In this document: positions 45,783 through 54,169 of the stretch, piece after piece
Numbering within the stretch: the stretch's first letter is position 1
Layout of the letters: each line of letters starts with the position of its first letter
IMG/VR virus record: IMGVR_UViG_3300037418_004082
DNA length: 64,000 nucleotides
Reading direction: 5' to 3' (one strand)
Source: a virus
The notes under the pieces: generated by a model
The model's input: the letters and a program-made list of their open reading frames with translations, nothing else
What the model was told of the DNA's origin: nothing
Databases searched by the model: none
Position numbers and translations under genes: made by a program

Positions 45783-46058
45783 CTAGGAGGCGACCGCGTC
45801 TCGTTCGACGGCGACGATCGCCTCCGCCTCGCTGTCGATCCAGAGTTCGAGGGGGTTGGCGCCGAGCACGCGGCAGATAGCGAGGTAGATGCTGGTTTCG
45901 GGCTGGCGCTTGCCGCGCTCGTAGCGAGACAGGTACTCCTCGCGCAGCATCTTGGGGTTGCCCTGGTCGTCGAGGTAGCGCACGCGCATCGCCAGCTCGT
46001 GCTGGGTGAGGTTCAGGGCCGTGCGAGCAGCGATGCAGGCTTGGGCGTTGAAGGGCAT
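45783..46058 (-). CDS. XRE-family HTH regulator
   Basis: ARTALNLTQHELA...LSRYERGKRQP...ICRVLG. Confidence 0.85.
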   Translation of the reverse strand: MPFNAQACIAARTALNLTQHELAMRVRYLDDQGNPKMLREEYLSRYERGKRQPETSIYLAICRVLGANPLELWIDSEAEAIVAVERDAVAS

Positions 46059-46892
46059 GCGGGGTCCTTCTGCGAGGAGGGTGGGAGGGGGAGGGGTATT
46101 TATTTTGGCCGCGTGGCCGCACGCATAACTTTCGCCGCACAAAAGTTGAAACCCTTCGGGCTCCTGGTGTTTCCGGGTCCCGGGTGATGCGTGATGCGGC
46201 CGGGGGCGGTCGGAAATGAGGGGGAGGGGGTGTTTGTGCTTGGGGCGTGAGAGGGTGCGGGTGGGATGTGGATGGGGTGCGAACTTGAGGCGGGTCCCCG
46301 GGTCGGGAGCCTATCTTCGCAGATGCCCCGATACCTGTCAAGAGAGCATGGGTGAACAAACTTTGTCGTTGAGACTATGGTGTCGTGGCTCATGATGATC
46401 GGACGACGCGGCGTCGAAGAACGGCTGGAGGTTCATCGTCGCTGGGTCAACGAGTCAGGCGATCTGCATTCATATACATGCGAGGCGTTGGTGGATGGGG
46501 ATGAGAGGGCTAGGAAGGCGGTTGTTTTGACCCGGAAGGTCTCGGAGTACCCGCCACCCACCCACGGAGGGAAATAGGGTAGTTAGAGAGTGGTTGGGTG
46601 AGGTGCTGGAGTGGGGGAGTTAGGGTATGGATCGGTGGATTGGGTGGTTGGTGGGTGAGATCGGAGGGCGCCCATGTAGGTGCCGCGGGGTGTTCGGATC
46701 TCGAACGCTTGTTTGCACGGTTGCCTGCTGATCACCATTTTTATTTTCGCAACTTTTTCGATCGCCGGCCGCCGAAACAACAAAGCTATAGGGAGAATCC
46801 AGAAAATAACCACCCACCCCCTGGAACAAGAACACCATACGAGGACCGCCACCAACAACACCATAGGGAGAACAAGGGGGAGGGGGTCCCCA

Positions 46893-46954
46893 ATTAAATC
46901 ACTATATATATATATATATTTTATTTGATAGTCTTACAAAATAAATAAATAAAT
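46893..46954. repeat. AT-rich tract with (TA)8 and (AAAT)4, possible DNA-unwinding element
   Basis: (TA)8 at 46903-46918; (AAAT)4 at 46939-46954 in an otherwise GC-rich genome. Confidence 0.8.
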
Positions 46955-47166
46955 AGGAAAGGTTGGTGACGTCTTGTCGTTGGTATATCAACTCACGCTG
47001 TAAAATTCGGCGGCGTGCCTGTTTCGAATTTCGATGGTCCACGGGGTCCGGCCCGCAAACCCAGTAGGTTCGTGTCACATTGGCGCGGATACGTGGTTTG
47101 CGGGCCGTGTTACGTGCTGGTGATCGGAGGGGTCCCCTGGTATTTTATCGCGCACGTCTCGTACGT

Positions 47167-47292
47167 GTGGAACGGGTGTTCCACAAACACGCGAAATTCG
47201 ATGGGGTCCTCGACCGAAAAGTGGAACGGGTGTTCCACACGCGCTCGTAATTCGAGGGGGTCCTCGTCGTGTTTGTGGAACGGGTGTTCCAC
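47167..47292. repeat. three GTGGAAC-GGGT-GTTCCAC palindromes at exact 54-bp period (GAAC-N4-GTTC core)
   Basis: Copies at 47167-47184, 47221-47238, 47275-47292; spacers share AATTCGA.GGGGTCCTCG. Confidence 0.92.
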
Positions 47293-47529
47293 ATGCGCGG
47301 GGAGGGGGTGGGGTATTTTCGGGACGTCGAACGCGTCGTTGGGGAGGGTCTATAATTATGAACAAAATAAGAAAGGTAAAGTTGCGGTTAAACTGTACAA
47401 AATAAATTCAAGGGGGTCCCCCTCGCGCACGGCCCGAAAATTACAGGGGGACCCCTGCGCGAACGCATGAAAAACGCGTGACCGAACACGAAAACCGTGT
47501 CGATCACGCGGGGGAGGGGGTCTAATTAT

Positions 47530-48837
47530 TTATTGAACGAGCACGAGTTCGTCCGCCGCGCGGGTGATCCCCGTGTACAAAAGTTGCCGACGCGTGTTCT
47601 GGTCGCCGAAGGGCTCGTAGATGTATATGACACGCTTCCACTCGGAGCCCTGGCTTTTATGACATGTGATGGCGTAGCCGTACTCCAGGTTGTAGTGCGG
47701 GTTGTGGTTGTCCGGCTTCACCTCGTCCTGGGGCTCGAACCAGTCCAGGCTGCAGACCAGCTCGCGGAACTCGTGCTGGGTGTCCTCCCAGCCCTGGACG
47801 CTCAAGTAGAGCGTGCGCTCGTGGCGGTCCACGTCGCGGCTGGGCACGTCCTTGAGGACGCGGCAGTGCCAGCCGTTGATCAGCGGGAGGCCGCCGTTGG
47901 TGCTGCGCTCCTCCCAGTCGTTCTTGCGGTTGATCAGCTTGTCGCCCTTCTTGGGCAAGCCCTCGAACCCCAGCATCTGGCGCATCACGCCGTTCAGGTG
48001 GTCCTTGGTGCGGTTCAGCCCGCAGATGATCTGGTCCGCGTGCTGCAGGTCGCTCTGCATGAGGTAGTTGTAGGGGATGACGCGGAACTGCGGGCTGTAC
48101 ACGCCGTAGGGGAGCTGGTAGCCCTGGCGCACCTGCATGCTGGCCCACAGGATGGGGTTGTCCGCGGCCTGGCGGTGCACCTGCGTCAGCACGGCATCCG
48201 GCTTCTGCAGGAACGGGTTCATGCGGTCCTTGACCGGCGGGAGCTGCTCCGGGTCGCCCAGCAGCAACACGGGCGTGCCCAAGGAGAGCAGGTCCGCGAG
48301 CACCTTGCGGCTGACCATCGAGACCTCGTCCACCACGAACAGCCGCCACGGGATCGTGTCGGGCGTGCGCAGCTTGAAGCCCTTCACACGTTCCTTCTGG
48401 CGCCCCGTGTGCGGACACGTGTACTTCTCCGTGATGGGCACGTAGATGGTCTTGTGAATGGTCTCGGCGGGCGTGCCCTTGTTCGTGAGCACGAGCGCGG
48501 CCTTGCCGGTATACGTCATGTACTGCACGTCGTTCGGCTTCAACCCCAGGGATTCGATGGCCTGTTTCAAGACCGTGCTCTTGCCCACACCCGCGTAACC
48601 CGCGACGGTGAACACGAGCTGTTGTAACCGCAAGTGGTTCCACCAGTAACGAATCTGCTTGACCACGGACTCTTGCTCGCGCGTCAGCGTGATGCTGCTC
48701 GATGGCAAGATGATACGCGGCTTGTCGTCGTCAGGCAGCACGAGCTTCGTTGGAACGGACGTAGCCTTCTCCTGCTCGCGTTGCGCCTTGTAGGCCGCGG
48801 TGACGCGGGCGATGGCGGTCTCGAACCTGTCGGTCAT
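47530..48837 (-). CDS. RecD/Dda-like SF1B helicase
   Basis: GYAGVGKST, YTGKAA, VDEVSM, GDPEQLPPV, HRQA, YAITCHKSQGSE, LYTGITRA. Confidence 0.93.
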   Translation of the reverse strand: MTDRFETAIARVTAAYKAQREQEKATSVPTKLVLPDDDKPRIILPSSSITLTREQESVVKQIRYWWNHLRLQQLVFTVAGYAGVGKSTVLKQAIESLGLKPNDVQYMTYTGKAALVLTNKGTPAETIHKTIYVPITEKYTCPHTGRQKERVKGFKLRTPDTIPWRLFVVDEVSMVSRKVLADLLSLGTPVLLLGDPEQLPPVKDRMNPFLQKPDAVLTQVHRQAADNPILWASMQVRQGYQLPYGVYSPQFRVIPYNYLMQSDLQHADQIICGLNRTKDHLNGVMRQMLGFEGLPKKGDKLINRKNDWEERSTNGGLPLINGWHCRVLKDVPSRDVDRHERTLYLSVQGWEDTQHEFRELVCSLDWFEPQDEVKPDNHNPHYNLEYGYAITCHKSQGSEWKRVIYIYEPFGDQNTRRQLLYTGITRAADELVLVQ

Positions 48838-50387
48838 AGGTGCCTGATTCTTTCGTACTTGAACGCGGGTTCGGTGCCGTAGATCGCCATACGACGCGAG
48901 AAGTGGGCTTCGAGGGTGCGGTGCTTGTCGTCGAACTCCTCCACGAAGGCCACCGTCTTGCCGTTGTAGGTCGGGTCGAAGCGGTTCTTGCCGTCCGTGG
49001 TGCGCAGCGGGCGGCCGGTGCGCTGCAGGGCACGCGTGCTGCTCTTGCCACCGCCCGCGAGCGCGACCACATCCAGCTCCGGGATGTCGAGACCCTGGTC
49101 GGCGAGCGTGGTCGCGATGATGACGTTGATCTCGCGGTTGCGCATCTGGTCCCACAGCTTCTTGCGCTTGGTCTTGCTCACGCGAGAGCCCACGACGAGC
49201 GTGCTCTTGGGGATGAACTTCTGCAGCGCCTGGCCATGTAGGTCGTGCTTCACGAGCACGAGCACCGTGCGATTGTACAAGCTCACGTGCTCGTTCACGA
49301 TGTTCGCTATGATCTGATGACGCTTATCGTAGTCACGGATGAACGTCTTGTACGCGAAGTCGAAGTCACCGAAGTCCTTCGTGCAGCCCGGCGGCGGGGG
49401 TATCTCGTGGATGCGCACGAGCGGCGGCACCAACCAGCCCAGGTCGATCAGCTCGCTCGCCGTGATGGTGTGCACGATGGGGCCACACGCGGCCTGGATG
49501 AGGATGTCCATCCCGTCGTCACGCCAGGGGCTCGCGGAGAGTCCGCCCATGAAGCTCACGCGGTTGAACAGGCTCACGCACTCGAACGGCGTCTTGGCGC
49601 CCAGGCTGTGGCACTCGTCAAACATCGCGGCACGCGTCTGCGTCACGAGCTTCTCGACGACGGGCGCGCTGCTGGGCATCTCGTACGGCACACCCTTTGT
49701 GTTGAGCACGCCGTTCTTCGCACGATAGTAGCCGTGAACGCTGTCAACGCTCACGATGTTGATGAGCTTTAGGTCGCACTTACCGCCACCGATCATCCCG
49801 ATGGGCTCCGGGGCAAGTGCACGCTGGAACTCGTCATGTGCTTGTAAGAGCAGGTCGTTGTTATCGTTCACGAAGAACGCGAACGGAACACGTAGTGTCT
49901 GCGCGATCTTGATGGACGTCTTGGTCTTGCCCGCGCCAGTGCCCGCGCGCAGCACGCCACCCACACGAGGATGAATGAGACCCGTCGTGGGCAGCATGTA
50001 GCCCATGATCATTTTCATTAGTGCAATCTGCTGATAGGCCCGGAGCTGGACGACGTGCTCGTGGTCCAGGTGCGCCAGGTGCTCCAACGCCGGGTCGGGC
50101 GCGAGCGGCAAGATATTGTTGTAGAGTTGCACGGGGGCCTGGCACAGCGCGAGATGTTCAAGCAGCATGTGCACCAGGCCCGTGGGCACGGTGTGCACAG
50201 AGAGGTACGGTGCGTGACGGTTGAGCACCGTGACGTGACCGTCCCACTTGCCACTCTTCACGTCGGGGTGTTGGTGCGAGTTCGGAATCGTGTAGCCGAC
50301 TTGTCGCTGCAGATACGTCTCGACGGGACTCCCAAAGGGAATCCCGTAGACGACCGTCGTGAAAGGGTGGATGTCGATGGAGATCAT
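48834..50387 (-). CDS. SF2 (DExH, UvsW-like) helicase
   Basis: GTGAGKT, DECH, SASPWRDDG, QGLDIP, QRTGRPLR. Confidence 0.92.
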   Translation of the reverse strand: MISIDIHPFTTVVYGIPFGSPVETYLQRQVGYTIPNSHQHPDVKSGKWDGHVTVLNRHAPYLSVHTVPTGLVHMLLEHLALCQAPVQLYNNILPLAPDPALEHLAHLDHEHVVQLRAYQQIALMKMIMGYMLPTTGLIHPRVGGVLRAGTGAGKTKTSIKIAQTLRVPFAFFVNDNNDLLLQAHDEFQRALAPEPIGMIGGGKCDLKLINIVSVDSVHGYYRAKNGVLNTKGVPYEMPSSAPVVEKLVTQTRAAMFDECHSLGAKTPFECVSLFNRVSFMGGLSASPWRDDGMDILIQAACGPIVHTITASELIDLGWLVPPLVRIHEIPPPPGCTKDFGDFDFAYKTFIRDYDKRHQIIANIVNEHVSLYNRTVLVLVKHDLHGQALQKFIPKSTLVVGSRVSKTKRKKLWDQMRNREINVIIATTLADQGLDIPELDVVALAGGGKSSTRALQRTGRPLRTTDGKNRFDPTYNGKTVAFVEEFDDKHRTLEAHFSRRMAIYGTEPAFKYERIRHL

Positions 50388-50740
50388 CAGGCTTCTGGAT
50401 GCGGATTAAGTGCGGCGGCTTGTACTCGTTCGAGTACATCGCGGGGCAACAACGACATGATGCTGCGTATCTCATCGTACTTAACAGGGACGTATTCGGT
50501 CAAGCACGTCCTCTTAACCAGCACCGCACGAAGCACCACCGAACCCATCACACGTTCGGCCTCGCTGGGTACACGCTCTGCCACGGCATAGCACGTGGTG
50601 CACCGCCACTTGCCGTCCTGCGTGAACGAATTGACCGACCCGGACGTGCCACCCATCGTGTTGCCCATGGTGAAGGGGTTGCCGTTGGTGAAGCTCACGT
50701 GGCTCTCATCGGTAGGGCAGCGTAGCAACTTGGGATCCAT
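50387..50740 (-). CDS. hypothetical protein
   Basis: GGAGG RBS; TGATG coupling to helicase. Confidence 0.65.
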   Translation of the reverse strand: MDPKLLRCPTDESHVSFTNGNPFTMGNTMGGTSGSVNSFTQDGKWRCTTCYAVAERVPSEAERVMGSVVLRAVLVKRTCLTEYVPVKYDEIRSIMSLLPRDVLERVQAAALNPHPEA

Positions 50741-50812
50741 AGTACCTCCATCGTGTGGTATGGCTCGCTGTCACCAGGCCATAACACACGCAAACGCGTT
50801 ATCGTGTGACAA

Positions 50813-50838
50813 GGGCCACCACCCGAAGGTAGTGGCCC
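50813..50838 (-). terminator. 11-bp hairpin with C(UUCG)G loop
   Basis: Minus strand GGGCCACTACC-TTCG-GGTGGTGGCCC, weak T tract. Confidence 0.55.
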
Positions 50839-50856
50839 ACGTAAGGGTGGCGTGGC

Positions 50857-52008
50857 TTACGGCGTCAACGACTCCAGGGCCTCGACCGCCGCCTCCAGGT
50901 TGGCGTCGAAGTTGGCGGGGTCCAGCAGGTAGACCTCCGTCAGCGCGGCCAGGGCCTTGAGCTGCACGGGCGACAGCGCACCGCTGGACGACGCGGGCGC
51001 GGGCTGACCCGCGGCAGCAGCCTGGGCCGCCGCTTCCTTCTCCTGCTTCTTCTTCAGCGCGGTCTGCTGGCGCTTGGTCAGGGGCTTGCCGTCCGCGCCC
51101 ACCGGGACCGCCGGCAGCGCGGGCGCACCCGCGGGCTGGCCGGGCAGGGCCTGGGGGTTGAAGGTCGGCATCGCCTGCACGCCCGTGTCCACGGGCGCAG
51201 CGGCACCAGGCACCGCGGCCTGACCGCCGGGGAACGCACCGGGTTGGGCTTGCCCGAACTGGCCGTTCGGCTGGGCCTGGTAGTTCCACTGCGGCTGCTG
51301 GGCGTTGGGGTCCACCGCCGGGGGCGTGAAGCCCGCGGGCGCGCCCTGGGGCTGGAAGCCCTGCTGCGGAGGCGCCTGGTACTGCACCTGCTGCTGCGGG
51401 GGCTGCGCGGCCTGCTGGAGCAGCGCGAGCGCGTTGGGGGAGGGCGGCTGCTGGGCCATGTCGGACACCAGCTTGTACAGGTGCGCGGTCTGCTCCGGCG
51501 TCCAGGGCTGGGCCACGAGACCCTGGCTGGTCATGAACTGCTGGAGGTACTGCGGGTTGGCAGCGCCGATCACCTGCATGTAGAACTGGTGGAACTCCTG
51601 GCTGATGGGGTGCTGGGGCGCCATCTGCTGGAAGATCTGCGTCACCGCATCCACGTTGGCCGCGGGGTACGCAGGCGCCGCTTGCGTGGCGTTGAAGGTC
51701 GGGGTGGTCATGGGTTGAACTTCTCCGTTGGGACCCACCGGCAGGGCGGCGGGAAGAGGGGTGCCATCCAGGTTGACGAGGGTGGTGGTTTCGACCGTGA
51801 TGCTGCCCTCTTCGAGATCAGCACCTTCGGGCACGACCACCATGTAGAGTTGGCCCGTGGGCTTGAGCACGTACGTCGAGAGGTTTTGGACCGGCGTGCC
51901 CGCCTTGTGGCCGTTGGAGTCCACGGCGAGCTTCAGGGTGGCCCCGTTCATGTAGTCGATGCTGGTGAGGTTGTTCATGAACGTCTCGACGGCTTGGTTC
52001 TTCGCCAT
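50857..52008 (-). CDS. hypothetical protein with long Q/P/A/G low-complexity region
   Basis: AAGGAG RBS; QQAAQPPQQQVQYQAPPQQGFQPQG... Confidence 0.8.
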   Translation of the reverse strand: MAKNQAVETFMNNLTSIDYMNGATLKLAVDSNGHKAGTPVQNLSTYVLKPTGQLYMVVVPEGADLEEGSITVETTTLVNLDGTPLPAALPVGPNGEVQPMTTPTFNATQAAPAYPAANVDAVTQIFQQMAPQHPISQEFHQFYMQVIGAANPQYLQQFMTSQGLVAQPWTPEQTAHLYKLVSDMAQQPPSPNALALLQQAAQPPQQQVQYQAPPQQGFQPQGAPAGFTPPAVDPNAQQPQWNYQAQPNGQFGQAQPGAFPGGQAAVPGAAAPVDTGVQAMPTFNPQALPGQPAGAPALPAVPVGADGKPLTKRQQTALKKKQEKEAAAQAAAAGQPAPASSSGALSPVQLKALAALTEVYLLDPANFDANLEAAVEALESLTP

Positions 52009-52026
52009 GTTCTTGATCTCCTTGCG

Positions 52027-53160
52027 TTACGCGACGTTCTGCATGCTGGCGAGAACGGCTTCGAGTTGCTGGGCCTGCGCGGGCTGCAGGAGGCCCACGT
52101 CGCCCACCCCGAACGTCGTCATGACGTACTGGTTGAGCTGCGGGATGGCCATGCCCTTCTGGGCGGCGGTGCCGGTGATGCGCGCCACGGTGGCCGGGTC
52201 GAGCGCCATGCCGGGGACGGGCATCCCGGGCGCGGGCATGCCGGGCTGACCCATCGGTTGGCCCATCGGCATCGGAGGCGGCGCGCCCATCGGCATGCCG
52301 GCCATCGGCTGCTGCTGGTTGAACACCGGCGCACCCTGGGGCTGCGGCAACGGCTGCGGCGCGAAGCCGGGCATCGGCGGGGGAGCGCCCATCGGCATCG
52401 CCTGCGGGGGCTGCGCGTACTGCGGAGCGGCCTGCTGGTACTGCTGCTGCTGCTGCTGCGGCTGCGCCATCGGCGCGGCGCCACCGCCACCTTGCCGGCG
52501 CTGGATCTCCGCCATGACCACGTTGCGCTTGACCATGTCCGGCGTCTGGCGGTCCTGGAGCGTGAGGTTGTTGTAGTTCCACATCAGGTCGTCCATGGAG
52601 ATGGACGGATCGCTGACGTGCTTGCCGGAGTGCTTGCCCCACTTGAACATGCCGTCCCAGCCACCCTGGCCGCCGCCTTGAGGCGCCTGCTGGTACTGGG
52701 GCGCCGCACCGGGCTGCTGGAACTGCTGCTGCTGCGGCTGGAACTGACCCTGCTGCGGGGCCTGCGACACGCCGCTCTCCAGGGCTTCCTGGTCGAGGTT
52801 CAGCGCGAGCGACAGCGCACGGCTCGTGCCGCGCGTCTCGGCGAGCGCCACGAGACGACCGCTCACGCGTCCGCCGGTCTGCGTGTCCGCGTCGCCCAGG
52901 GCTTCCCACTTGAGCAGCGGGCCCTTGTGCTCCGTGTCCGTGTAGAAGCGGAAGAAGAGCGTGACCTTCACGATCACGAGCATGTTCGGCGGCGCGGGCG
53001 GCAGCACGAGCGTGCTGTCCATGCCGACGAGGATGAGGCCGCGATCCGTCGCGTCGCGGTGCGCGCGGGTGAGCATGGCCTGGGCCGTGGGCACGTTGCG
53101 ACCTTGGATGTTGGTCGTGCCCATCGGCTTGAGTTGGCCCAGTGGGGCGATGGTACTCAT
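52027..53160 (-). CDS. putative single-strand annealing protein (Rad52/Sak-like) with Q/P/M-rich regions and a FGKH-type small domain
   Basis: ALGDA...VALAETRGTSRAL; FKWGKHSGK...LMW; C-terminal helical bundle. Confidence 0.55.
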   Translation of the reverse strand: MSTIAPLGQLKPMGTTNIQGRNVPTAQAMLTRAHRDATDRGLILVGMDSTLVLPPAPPNMLVIVKVTLFFRFYTDTEHKGPLLKWEALGDADTQTGGRVSGRLVALAETRGTSRALSLALNLDQEALESGVSQAPQQGQFQPQQQQFQQPGAAPQYQQAPQGGGQGGWDGMFKWGKHSGKHVSDPSISMDDLMWNYNNLTLQDRQTPDMVKRNVVMAEIQRRQGGGGAAPMAQPQQQQQQYQQAAPQYAQPPQAMPMGAPPPMPGFAPQPLPQPQGAPVFNQQQPMAGMPMGAPPPMPMGQPMGQPGMPAPGMPVPGMALDPATVARITGTAAQKGMAIPQLNQYVMTTFGVGDVGLLQPAQAQQLEAVLASMQNVA

Positions 53161-53169
53161 AGCGTTGCG

Positions 53170-53325
53170 CTATTCCTTTCGTTCGAGGTGAGCGTCTAAC
53201 ACGCGGCGCACGTATTCAGCGAGAGGTATGCCAAGTTTATCGGCACGTTCTGTAAACTCTTTGTGCTGCCGCTTCGTCAAGTTGATCGACAACTTCTTGA
53301 ACTCTAGCGGTTGTTGACGTGCCAC
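53170..53325 (-). CDS. ribbon-helix-helix (CopG/Arc-like) regulator, 51 aa (not in ORF track)
   Basis: MARQQPLEFKKLSINLTKRQHKEFTERADKLGIPLAEYVRRVLD; GAGG RBS; own promoter. Confidence 0.75.
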   Translation of the reverse strand: MARQQPLEFKKLSINLTKRQHKEFTERADKLGIPLAEYVRRVLDAHLERKE

Positions 53326-53407
53326 ATGCGTGAACGCCTCCTCTCTTCACTTGTTGGGATGCGACTGTAGTGCGTTTGATAACCCGGGAAGGTTACCGCT
53401 CGACCTA

Positions 53408-53436
53408 ACTATACACGTGGCTCACGTAACCGTCAA
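53408..53436 (-). promoter_or_regulatory. sigma70-type promoter
   Basis: TTGACG-17 bp-TATAGT on minus strand. Confidence 0.75.
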
Positions 53437-53460
53437 GCAAGTTTGACGTAAAGCGATGTA

Positions 53461-53494
53461 AAGAAAACGCCCCGCTCTCCGAAGAGAGCGAGGC
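53461..53494 (-). terminator. Rho-independent terminator
   Basis: GCCTCGCTCTC-TTCG-GAGAGCGGGGC followed by GTTTTCTT. Confidence 0.8.
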
Positions 53495-53520
53495 ATTCAC
53501 GTGTATGGAGGTTGGAGAGG

Positions 53521-54087
53521 TTACGAAGCGGTGCCGACCGCCACCTTGCCGGCATCCTTCGCGGGCGCCTTGTCCGCGGCCTTGGCAGGCGTCGCCGCCT
53601 TGGTCTCGGTCTTGGCGGACTCCTTGGCAGCAGGGGCCTTCTCCGCGGCGGGCGCCTTGGTGGCGTCCTTCGCGGGAGCCTTCGCGGCCGGCTGCTTCTC
53701 CGCGGCAGGGGCCGAAGCACCCTTCTCACCACGCTTGGCAGCGGCGCGGGCCGCGCGGTCTTCCTTCTGGTACTGCTGCGGGGTGATCTCCGCTTCGGCG
53801 CGACCGGCCTTCTTCTGCTGCTCGGCCCAGGTGGCGTACGCCTCCTTGCCGACGCCGACCGGCCAACCCGGCGGGGGACCACCGCGGCGCTTGCGCTTGG
53901 CCTTCTTGACCTCGACGACGACCGCCGGGGGCTCCGGGAAGAACTTGTTGTGGGTGTCCAGGAACTGGCCGTACGCCGCGGTGGCGTCGGTCAGGGTGAT
54001 GGCCGCGCCACCTTCGGTGGTCGCAGCACCAACTCGGCTCACGAGCTGGCCGAAGACTTCGAGGGCCTTCTCTTCGGTGATGGGCAT
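53521..54087 (-). CDS. histone H1-like Lys/Ala/Pro-rich protein
   Basis: Tail of KAPA/PAAK repeats; KKAKRKRRGGPPPG; AAGGAG RBS. Confidence 0.7.
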   Translation of the reverse strand: MPITEEKALEVFGQLVSRVGAATTEGGAAITLTDATAAYGQFLDTHNKFFPEPPAVVVEVKKAKRKRRGGPPPGWPVGVGKEAYATWAEQQKKAGRAEAEITPQQYQKEDRAARAAAKRGEKGASAPAAEKQPAAKAPAKDATKAPAAEKAPAAKESAKTETKAATPAKAADKAPAKDAGKVAVGTAS

Positions 54088-54128
54088 GGGGACTGCTCCT
54101 TTAAGGTAGTGGAACTTGGTTGCTGGTT

Positions 54129-54158
54129 ATCTTACGTCGTGACCGTCTCGTGTGTCAA
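54129..54158 (-). promoter_or_regulatory. sigma70-type promoter
   Basis: TTGACA-18 bp-TAAGAT on minus strand. Confidence 0.65.
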
Positions 54159-54169
54159 CGTGCGTGCAC

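Larger units (their letters stand above)
46059..47529. other. 1.47-kb non-coding region, candidate replication origin/control region
   Basis: No coherent ORF; AT-rich core, G-tract skew, several families of dyad repeats; flanked by primase/HTH and helicase genes. Confidence 0.65.

Noticed and set aside
47167-47292. Mini CRISPR array (18-bp palindromic repeat, 36-bp spacers)
   Set aside because: The two spacers match at 17 of 18 central positions, so this is a degenerate tandem repeat. The repeat is short and no cas genes are present.
47167-47292. parS sites or DnaA boxes
   Set aside because: parS-like half-sites (TGTTCCAC, GTGGAAC) are in swapped order, so no parS palindrome forms. TGTTCCACA is one mismatch from a DnaA box, but the dyad geometry fits GAAC-N4-GTTC better. 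Kept only as alternatives.
46377-47470. Short ORFs inside the non-coding region (46377-46577, 46598-46897, 47015-47470)
   Set aside because: Atypical codon usage, translation of repeats, no convincing RBS.
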